Below are positions 57,107 to 64,000 of a stretch of 64,000 nt of DNA, piece by piece (positions within the stretch are counted from its first letter, which is position 1; every line of letters starts with the position of its first letter). The notes under the pieces are model-generated. The model did no database searches and was not told the DNA's origin. It saw only the letters and a program-made list of their open reading frames with translations. The translations under genes and the position numbers were made by a program. The stretch is taken from assembly GCA_965248055.1 (NCBI GenBank), contig CBDFIJ010000004.1, forward strand, positions 988,299-1,052,298, written 5' to 3'. This DNA comes from Candidatus Multivoradales bacterium. Its GTDB lineage: Bacteria; Acidobacteriota; Thermoanaerobaculia; Multivoradales; JAHEKO01.

Positions 57107-57535
57107 CTACGCGAAATGCGCCTGCAGTGCTCCCAGCAATGCCTGATAGATCGGCATGCAAAATTCGTGGGTGTCTGCGTCACTGGCGGTTTGGTAGTTA
57201 CTCTGCCACTCAACGAAGGTCCGCTCTCCGATCGTCACTGGCAAGACTCGGATACTGCCCACGTAGCGGACAATGTTCGCTGCCTCTAGGGGACCAGGGC
57301 CATCGTCGATGGTGTACTGCAGGGTTCGGTATTGGTCGTCGAGCCCGATCAAGGTCTCGTGGAACACGCCATTTAAAACCCGTTTGGCGCCAATTTGATC
57401 GGCGGCGGCTCCGCCGGTCGGCTCGTTACTCTCCAAGACTCCCGCTGCCCAATCGGTATTGTGAAAATTCCGTAGCGCAGCCCAGACATCGTCGACCGAA
57501 GCGTTGACTACACAACTGTTGTAACAGTGACCCAT
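57107..57535 (-). CDS. SRPBCC (START/Bet v1-like, polyketide-cyclase-type) domain protein
   Basis: 142 aa. ..VDDVWAALRNFHNTDW.. pattern of SRPBCC ligand-binding proteins. Sits between two repeat arrays. Confidence 0.55.
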   Translation of the reverse strand: MGHCYNSCVVNASVDDVWAALRNFHNTDWAAGVLESNEPTGGAAADQIGAKRVLNGVFHETLIGLDDQYRTLQYTIDDGPGPLEAANIVRYVGSIRVLPVTIGERTFVEWQSNYQTASDADTHEFCMPIYQALLGALQAHFA

Positions 57536-58019
57536 CTTCCCCCCTTCCGCGGTGTCGCGGAGATGTTGTGACCGGAGAGTACCCCGACTTTGATCATGCA
57601 GCCGCCGCTCGTCGGCGACCTAGTGAGGGCAATACGGGTTGCTGCGGTGACAAGATTTATGGAATGAGCATGCTGTGAAAAGGGATTAATCCCGCTCCGT
57701 CGTGGCTGCGGAGAAGCACCTGTGGAAAGAGGCTGTGCTTCTCGCCCAACTCGCGAGGTAGACGGCGCATCGAGATCCTTCGACTCCCCTCTAAGACTCG
57801 GGTCGCTGAGGATGACAATAATTAGCGACACCGAAACACCAACCTCTCAATTTTGCCGCCGACCGCGGGGTGGAATGTGTCCGCTTACCCCAGAGAAAGT
57901 GGTTCATCCTTGATCGCTGTAAAACAATTCCCGGTGATCGTGGGAGGGGATAAACCCCTCTCCACATAAGGATTGGTTCACGGTTGACAACGCCGACGAT
58001 CCTCTTGTCGTGGCGGGGC

Positions 58020-58095
58020 CTGGATTCTCGGACCTGACGTTAGATCAACTTGCGGACTCCTGGCAGAGGGCGAAACAGAGCCTCGATCTTGACTG
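58020..58095. repeat. duplicated fragment of the mazG 3' end (last ~70 bp of CDS) fused to the head of array B
   Basis: ..TLDQLADSWQRAKQSLDLDW* at 58030-58097 vs mazG ..TLDQLEDLWQRAKQSLD* at 56095-56146. ~85% nucleotide identity. Confidence 0.7.
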
Positions 58096-58114
58096 GTAAA
58101 CGGGAAGGGATAAC

Positions 58115-59215
58115 TCATCTGTGTCATCCCCGAAGGGCGGGGGTTTGGCGGTCGGGGATCTTATGAGCGAAGGGATCAGCGACCGATTACGTACTGGACT
58201 GAGATCCCGGCCCCCCGCCCTCACACCCGCCGGGATGACGAAAGCGGGCCAGCCGGGATTACGGAGACGGTACCAACGGGAATTACAAAGGTGTGCCCGC
58301 CGGAATGACTCATCTTCGTCATCCCCGAAGGGCGGGGGTTTGGCGGTCGGGGATCTTATGAGCGAAGGGATCAGCGACCGATTACGTACTGGACTGAGAT
58401 CCCGGCCCCCCGCCCTCACACCCGCCGGGATGACGAAGGCGGGCCAGCCGGGATTACGGAGACGGTACCAACGGGGATTACAAAGGTGTGCCCGCCGGAA
58501 TGACTCATCTTCGTCATCCCCGAAGGGCGGGGGTTTGGCGGTCGGGGATCTTATGAGCGAAGGGATCAGCGACCGATTACGTACTGGACTGAGATCCCGG
58601 CCCCCCGCCCTCACACCCGCCGGGATGACGAAGGCGGGCCAGCCGGGATTACGGAGACGGTACCAACGGGGATTACGAAGGTGTGCCCGCCGGAATGACT
58701 CATCTGTGTCATCCCCGTAGGGAGGGGGTTTCGGGGGGTCGGGGATCTTTCAAGCGAAAGGACTACCGACGGATTACGTGACTGACTGAGATCCCGGCCC
58801 CCCGCCCTCACACCCGCCGGGATGACGAAAGCGGGCCAGCCGGGATTACGGAGACGGTACCAACGGGAATTACAAAGGTGTGCCCGCCGGAATGACTCAT
58901 CTTCGTCATCCCCGTAGGGAGGGGGTTTCGGGGGGTCGGGGATCTTTCAAGCGAAAGGACTACCGACGGATTACGTGACTGACTGAGATCCCGGCCCCCC
59001 GCCCTCACACCCGCCGGGATGACGAAGGCGGGCCAGCCGGGATTACGGAGACCGTACCAACGGGGATTACGAAGGTGTGCCCGCCGGGATGACGAAAGCG
59101 GGCCAGCCGGGATTACGGAGACGGTACCAACGGGAATTACAAAGGTGTGCCCGCCGGGATGACGAAGGGTGCGCCGGGGCAAGCTCTCACACCGCCGGGG
59201 TGACAAGCGCCCACC
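58115..59215. repeat. tandem array B: ~198-bp unit x~5.5 built on the F1 element
   Basis: Units begin at about 58115, 58312, 58510, 58707, 58905 and 59077 (partial). Identity is near 98%. The 3' end runs into the start region of the helicase gene. Confidence 0.8.
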
Positions 59216-59235
59216 ACCTGGCAAACAATGGCGCG

Positions 59236-61707
59236 ATGCGTATCGATGCCCAAGCCAGTCGCATCGAAGTTTCGGTCGCGGATCTGATCGAGTCCGGTTC
59301 CAGGGGGAGTCTGGGGTTCGGTCAGCGCGGCGGCTATGAGCGGATGTGGATCGGCCAGGCGATCCACACTCGTTATCAAGAGCAACAGCATAACGACGAC
59401 CCGAGTTATCAAAGCGAGCTCGGGATCAAATCCACGGTTGTCATTCGGGGCTGGGAGGTCACGGTGCGCGGTCGCATCGACGGCCTGCGGCAAGAACCTA
59501 ATGGCACAGCCGTGGTGCAAGAGCTCAAGTCAGTGCGGCGAGACCGACCACCCTCCGAGGCAACCCTGAAGATGTATCGGGAACAGGCGGCAGTCTATGC
59601 CTGGATGCTGTCTCAGGAGCAGGCGCAAGAGCAGGCGGATTCTTCGGAAGAGGAATCCGACGACGCTCCAGAGACTTCAACAACTTCGGCCAAGGTCGAT
59701 GCCGAGCTGGTGCTGATCGAGGTCGCCTCCTATGAGGCTTTGATTGAGCCGCTGGAATTGAACCTTTCCGAGGTCGACACTTGGGTTCGCAAGCGGCTAC
59801 AGCGGATGGTGGGACAAGCGCAGCAAGCACAAGCAGAGAGAGACACTCGGGCCCGTGCCGGCCGCCACTTAGTTTTCCCCCATGACCAGACGCGACCTGG
59901 GCAGCAAGCAATCATCAAAGCCACCGAGCGGGCAATCGAGCAACAAGAGCATTTGTTGATCGAGGCGCCGACCGGGTTGGGTAAAACCGTAGCCGCGCTC
60001 TATCCAGCGGTCAAAGCGGCGTTAGAGGACGATTTAAAGGTTTATGTGCTGACCGCCAAGAATCTGCAGCAAGAAATGGCGCTCAAGGTGATGGAGATGC
60101 TCAACGTAGAGCAGAGCTTCTCCAGTCTGCAGGTACGGGCCAAAGCACGGATGTGCGCCAACGACGAAATCGTCTGTCACGAGGACTACTGCCGTTTTGC
60201 TCGCGATTACTTCGGCAAGCTGCACGCCAGCGGCTTAGTGGATCAATTGGCGGACGGATCGACAGTTCGGCCCGATACGGTGTTTGAGGCAGCCAGTCAG
60301 TTGGAAGTCTGCCCGTTTGAGGTCAGCCTGGAGTTGGCGCGTCGTTGCCATACTGTGATCGGCGACTACAACTATGCCTTTGATCCCTATGTCGCCCTGC
60401 GCGACTTCGGACCGGAAGGCAATCTCGAAAACTCGATTTTGATCATCGACGAGATCCACAATTTGGTGGAACGCGCCCGCGGTTATTGGAGCCCCGAGCT
60501 CTCCAGCAAGTCATTGCGCATAGCGGCGGGATTTGTCGCTGCGCAAGGGTCAACCGGGCCAGCCATAGCCCATCTCATCGGCCAACTTGCTTCGCGTATT
60601 GAGGAAGACGTCGACTTCGCCTTTGAGGACCACCCGCCACAGATCCAAGAAGTCCAAGGGGAGCTAGCCGCCGACGCCTTTGCCCTGCTGCGCCCCGATT
60701 TTGATGACGCTTTCTTGGATCACCTGGAGTCGATGCGGGCTTCTAAGGCAATGACCGCCGATGACCCGATCCGCGATCAGTACTACGGATTTCAGCGTTT
60801 CATGGACACCGCCCGGGAGGCCGATGACCAGACTTTTTCCACCGTGTTTCGCCGGGATGGTGAGGATCGACGCATCCAGATCTTCTGTTTGGACCCGAGC
60901 CGTTTTCTCAAACGCATCTTTGAGCGCAGCCGTGCGATCATCGGGCTCTCGGCCACCCTGTCCCCTCCTGAGTTCTATCGCGACCTACTTGGGCTGGATC
61001 AAGATCGCTGGACATTCGAGAAAGTCGAGAGTCCCTTTCCCGAGGAAAACCGAAGGGTGGTGATCGACGATGAGGTCTCAACCCTGTGGCGTGATCGCCC
61101 TGACAACTACGGATTGATCGCCGAACGCCTGGGAGATTTCGCCTCGGCAGTACCCGGCAATGTACTGGCACTGTTTCCGAGCTATCAGTTTCTGGCTGAA
61201 GTGGCGCCGCGGATGCACCTGGATGGCAAGCGCATCGCAGTCCAAGAACAGGCCAACAGCGCCAAAGATCGTGACCGGCTGCTGGACACCCTGCGAGATG
61301 GCACCGGGAACGTGCTGCTGCTGGCGGTCGCTGGAGGGGTGTTCGCCGAGGGCGTCGACTATCCGGGCGAGATGTTGAAAGCGGTGGCGGTGGTCGGTCC
61401 GGCACTACCGCCGGTATCGCTCGAGCGTGAACTGCTCAAACGCTATTACCAGGAGCAGTTTGAGCGCGGCTTTGAATACTCCTTCGTACTTCCCGGTATG
61501 ACCCGGGTGGTGCAGGCTGCGGGACGATTGATCCGTTCCGACACCGACACTGGGGTGATCGCGCTGTTTGGTCATCGCTTCAAACGCGCCCCGTATCTGG
61601 ATTACCTGCCGGAGGAGTGGTTTGTCGATGGGGACGTTGCAGCCAGCATCGGTACTCCATCGGTGGCCACAGCGAAATTTTTTGCTGGGCTTGAAGTCGA
61701 GGCGTAG
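59236..61707 (+). CDS. PD-(D/E)xK nuclease domain fused to an XPD/DinG/Rad3-family Fe-S helicase
   Basis: N-terminus with GRIDGL ... VVQELKS (motif II/III of RecB-like nucleases). Helicase Walker A EAPTGLGKT. Four-Cys Fe-S module MCANDEIVCHEDYC..C. DEIH box (IIDEIHN). Start set at ATG 59236, downstream of array-derived sequence. Confidence 0.75.
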   Translation: MRIDAQASRIEVSVADLIESGSRGSLGFGQRGGYERMWIGQAIHTRYQEQQHNDDPSYQSELGIKSTVVIRGWEVTVRGRIDGLRQEPNGTAVVQELKSVRRDRPPSEATLKMYREQAAVYAWMLSQEQAQEQADSSEEESDDAPETSTTSAKVDAELVLIEVASYEALIEPLELNLSEVDTWVRKRLQRMVGQAQQAQAERDTRARAGRHLVFPHDQTRPGQQAIIKATERAIEQQEHLLIEAPTGLGKTVAALYPAVKAALEDDLKVYVLTAKNLQQEMALKVMEMLNVEQSFSSLQVRAKARMCANDEIVCHEDYCRFARDYFGKLHASGLVDQLADGSTVRPDTVFEAASQLEVCPFEVSLELARRCHTVIGDYNYAFDPYVALRDFGPEGNLENSILIIDEIHNLVERARGYWSPELSSKSLRIAAGFVAAQGSTGPAIAHLIGQLASRIEEDVDFAFEDHPPQIQEVQGELAADAFALLRPDFDDAFLDHLESMRASKAMTADDPIRDQYYGFQRFMDTAREADDQTFSTVFRRDGEDRRIQIFCLDPSRFLKRIFERSRAIIGLSATLSPPEFYRDLLGLDQDRWTFEKVESPFPEENRRVVIDDEVSTLWRDRPDNYGLIAERLGDFASAVPGNVLALFPSYQFLAEVAPRMHLDGKRIAVQEQANSAKDRDRLLDTLRDGTGNVLLLAVAGGVFAEGVDYPGEMLKAVAVVGPALPPVSLERELLKRYYQEQFERGFEYSFVLPGMTRVVQAAGRLIRSDTDTGVIALFGHRFKRAPYLDYLPEEWFVDGDVAASIGTPSVATAKFFAGLEVEA

Positions 61708-61784
61708 AGACGGCGGGTCGGGTTCTTTTTGTCGCGCCCATCGAACCTTTTGTGCCCGGCGTTTAACAGCCGCGCGCACTGGCG

Positions 61785-62545
61785 CATTGAGATCCTTCGA
61801 CTCCCTTCACTGCGCTCCGGTCGCTCAGGATGACAGGGAAAAGCGGGAGGATGCCCCCCTACAGATGGATCGTTGCTTGTCTTTCACGACTGGTTAGGTG
61901 ACCAATTCGTCATCCCCGAAGGGAGGCCTTCTTGAGGGTCGAGAATCTTTCAAGTGAACGACTCAGCGACGGACTTGCGTACTTGAAGAAGATCCCGGCC
62001 CCCCACCCCCACACCCGCCGGGATGACGAGGGAGGGGGTCGGCGAGAGGACTCATCGATGTCATCCCCGAAGAGAGGGGGTTCTGCGGGTCGGGATCTTT
62101 TTGGCGAACGGATCTCCGACGGATCACGCACTTGGCGGAGATCCCGGCCCCCCGCCCCCCCGGCTCCACATCCCCGTCGCGCCGGGGCAGGCTCTCAGTC
62201 CGCCGGGATGACGAGGGAGGTGCTTTGGGATGGCGAAGGGAGGGCCGGCGAAATGACTCTTCGGTGTCATCCCCGAAGAGAGGGGGTTCTGCGGGTCGGG
62301 ATCTTTTTGGCGAACGGATCTCCGACGGATCACGCACTTGGCGGAGATCCCGGCCCCCCGCCCCCCCGGCTCCACATCCCCGTCGCGCCGGGGCAGGCTC
62401 TCAGTCCGCCGGGATGACGAGGGAGGTGCTTTGGGATGGCGAAGGGAGGGCCGGCGAAATGACTCTTCGGTGTCATCCCCGAAGGGAGGGGGTTTCGGGG
62501 GTCGGGGATCTTTCAAGCGAAGGACTCAGCGACTTACCGCCTCCC
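61785..62545. repeat. F2 element followed by tandem array C (~206-bp units x~3) built on the F1 element
   Basis: F2 at 61785-61845 (CATTGAGATCCTTCGACTC..CGCTCAGGATGAC). F1 units from 61905. Units 62060-62265 and 62265-62470 are nearly identical. Confidence 0.75.
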
Positions 62546-62553
62546 GTCTTCGA

Positions 62554-63450
62554 TCAACCCGGCGCGACGACGCGCAGGCCTTTGGGCACCACGCTGATCT
62601 CAACCGGATCTTGGCCGACCTCAAGCATCGACTCACCGTCGCCATAGATCGGCAGGGTATGGCTCAGAGAAAGCTTCACTTTGCTGCTGCGGACCATTTC
62701 CACCGCTGGATGGTCGACGTGCTTGCCGTCGTAAACCTTGAGCAGCAGTGGTATCAGTTTGGGTTTGAAGGTTCGTTTGATCCACACCAAGTCCAGCAAG
62801 CCATCGTCGACTTTGGCCTGGGGCGCGATCTTCATCCCGGCGCCGAAGCGCCAGCAGTTGGCGGTGATAAAAGACATGCCTTCGCCGTGCCAGACCCCGG
62901 CGTCGTGTTCGATGGTGTAAACCGGGGGCTTGAATCCGGCCAGGACCGCGACCGCTGCCAGCGGATACCCCAAGGCACCGCGAAACACTCGCTGGCGGTT
63001 GGCCAGACGAGCCGAGAGACTGTCGATGCCAACCCCACAGTGGACTGCAAAATATACTTGTCGGTCGTGCTTGTCGTCGACCCGTCCAAGGTCTACTCGT
63101 CGAGTTCGACTCTCGACCGCCAGACCCAACGCGATGTCCAAGTTTTCTGGAATTCCTACCGAAGTGGCGAAGTCATTGCCTCGACCCAACGGAATCGGCG
63201 CCAAAGCAGTTTCTGAGCCGGCCAGCTCCTGCACCGCGTAGTGAACCGACCCATCTCCTCCCACCACCACCACACGCTCTTGACCTCGATCGCGAGCGAC
63301 AGCAACCGTCGCACGTAGATCGGCGGCACTGTTGGTGAGATGAAACTCCGCTCCTACCCGACGAGCACACTCTCTCAGGCTGGATAGACGCGCCGCCACC
63401 TTCCCCCGACCGGAGGTTGGATTGACGACGAATTGAATTTTGGACTGCAC
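62554..63450 (-). CDS. diacylglycerol kinase catalytic-domain lipid kinase (YegS/DagK family)
   Basis: VVNPTSGRG and GGDGSVHYAV (DAGK_cat signature). 298 aa. Confidence 0.8.
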   Translation of the reverse strand: MQSKIQFVVNPTSGRGKVAARLSSLRECARRVGAEFHLTNSAADLRATVAVARDRGQERVVVVGGDGSVHYAVQELAGSETALAPIPLGRGNDFATSVGIPENLDIALGLAVESRTRRVDLGRVDDKHDRQVYFAVHCGVGIDSLSARLANRQRVFRGALGYPLAAVAVLAGFKPPVYTIEHDAGVWHGEGMSFITANCWRFGAGMKIAPQAKVDDGLLDLVWIKRTFKPKLIPLLLKVYDGKHVDHPAVEMVRSSKVKLSLSHTLPIYGDGESMLEVGQDPVEISVVPKGLRVVAPG

Positions 63451-63567
63451 GAGACTCTGTTTCCACGAGACTATGTTCTCGATGGCAGTGTTCTCGCTGG
63501 CAGTATTCTCGTTAGCAGTGATCTCGTGGCGGCGCTCTTGACGGCGCTCCCGTTGACTAGCCGCTAC

Positions 63568-64000
63568 CTATCGCGAGTAGTACTCGATGACCAACTGCAC
63601 TTCGCAAATCACCGGCACTTCATCGCGCGGCGGCAGATGCTGCAGAGTGGTCTCGTAGCCGGATTCGGCGACGGAAAGATACGGCGGCAAGGTCACAGCG
63701 ACGCGGTTCTCGTTGAACATGCGTAGCTTCTGGCTCTTTTCGCGGATCGACACGACATCGTTGGTACCCACCTGGTAGGAAGGAATATCGACCTTCTTGC
63801 CGTTGACCATGATGTGGCCATGACCCACGAACTGACGCGCTGCGTAAATCGTCGGGGCAAAGCCGGCGCGATGAACCACCGAATCCAGGCGAGTCTCCAG
63901 CAACATGATCAAGTTGTCGCCAACGACACCCTTCATCGAGCTGGCCTTCTTAAAGTAGTTGCCCATCTGGCGCTCGGAAACGTTGTACTGAAAGCGTACC
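63568..64000 (-). CDS. rpsD: 30S ribosomal protein S4 (partial; N-terminus beyond the window end)
   Basis: ..VRFQYNVSERQMGNYFKKA..LLETRLDSVVHRAGFA..IMVNGKKVDIPSYQVGTNDVVSIREK.. aligns with the S4 C-terminal two-thirds. The frame is open to 64000. Confidence 0.85.
   Translation of the reverse strand, partial: VRFQYNVSERQMGNYFKKASSMKGVVGDNLIMLLETRLDSVVHRAGFAPTIYAARQFVGHGHIMVNGKKVDIPSYQVGTNDVVSIREKSQKLRMFNENRVAVTLPPYLSVAESGYETTLQHLPPRDEVPVICEVQLVIEYYSR

Noticed and set aside
56199-59224. Long ORFs on both strands running through the repeat arrays (e.g. 56485..57507, 58121..58720, 58045..58614, 62132..62647) encoding PAGMT/SSPKGGG-type repetitive peptides
   Set aside because: They are open only because GC-rich sequence lacks stop codons. 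Frames are not maintained between units in array A (220-bp period). The peptides are low-complexity, with no start or RBS context. Both strands are equally open.
56150-62550. Regularly spaced ~39-bp palindromic repeats (GATCCCGGCCCCCCGCCCTCACACCCGCCGGGATGACGA) every 198-220 bp, which superficially resemble a CRISPR array
   Set aside because: The intervening 'spacers' are themselves near-identical between units, the repeats are far longer-spaced than CRISPR, and no cas genes are present. These are tandem duplications, not spacer acquisition.
62338-63216. 292-aa plus-strand ORF overlapping the DagK-like gene
   Set aside because: It begins inside repeat array C and runs antisense to a gene with clear DAGK_cat motifs. 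No independent support.

Overview
This is a high-GC (roughly 60-65%) bacterial chromosomal segment, and most operons lie on the minus strand. Housekeeping genes that I recognise include:
- pncB and nadE (NAD salvage);
- an aroG-type DAHP synthase followed by carA, an FtsX/LolE-like permease, carB and an aspartase;
- dnaK and hspR;
- dinB, mazG, a gamma-glutamyltransferase (ggt), a DagK-like lipid kinase, and a partial rpsD at the window end.

Transporter modules are a GldA/GldF/GldG-type ABC system with a DUF4340 partner, and a lower-GC HlyD plus MacB-like ABC/FtsX set.

The most notable system is a compact, complete bacterial microcompartment (BMC) locus at about 32.1-37.6 kb. It encodes RpiB, DeoC, a CoA-acylating aldehyde dehydrogenase, one BMC-H, two BMC-T (one permuted PduB/EutL-like, one tandem PduT-like) and three BMC-P proteins. 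This matches the bioinformatically defined but experimentally uncharacterised sugar-phosphate-utilising (SPU-like) BMC class. DeoC carries an N-terminal amphipathic helix plus a cysteine-rich linker. A 16-bp tandem repeat array sits in the operon's upstream region.

Other features worth attention:
- a vapBC toxin-antitoxin module bracketed by ~165-bp direct repeats, apparently inserted into a decayed Ser/Thr kinase gene;
- a low-GC islet next to dnaK carrying an OLD-family ATPase-Toprim nuclease, a KTSC-domain gene, a metallo-beta-lactamase pseudogene and a DUF4143 AAA ATPase;
- a nuclease-XPD/DinG helicase fusion;
- a large population of GC-rich composite palindromic (MITE/REP-like) repeats. 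In the last 12 kb these are amplified into four long tandem arrays with periods of about 198-240 bp, and the arrays carry duplicated 3' ends of neighbouring genes.

No rRNA, tRNA, CRISPR array or transposase gene could be supported from the sequence.
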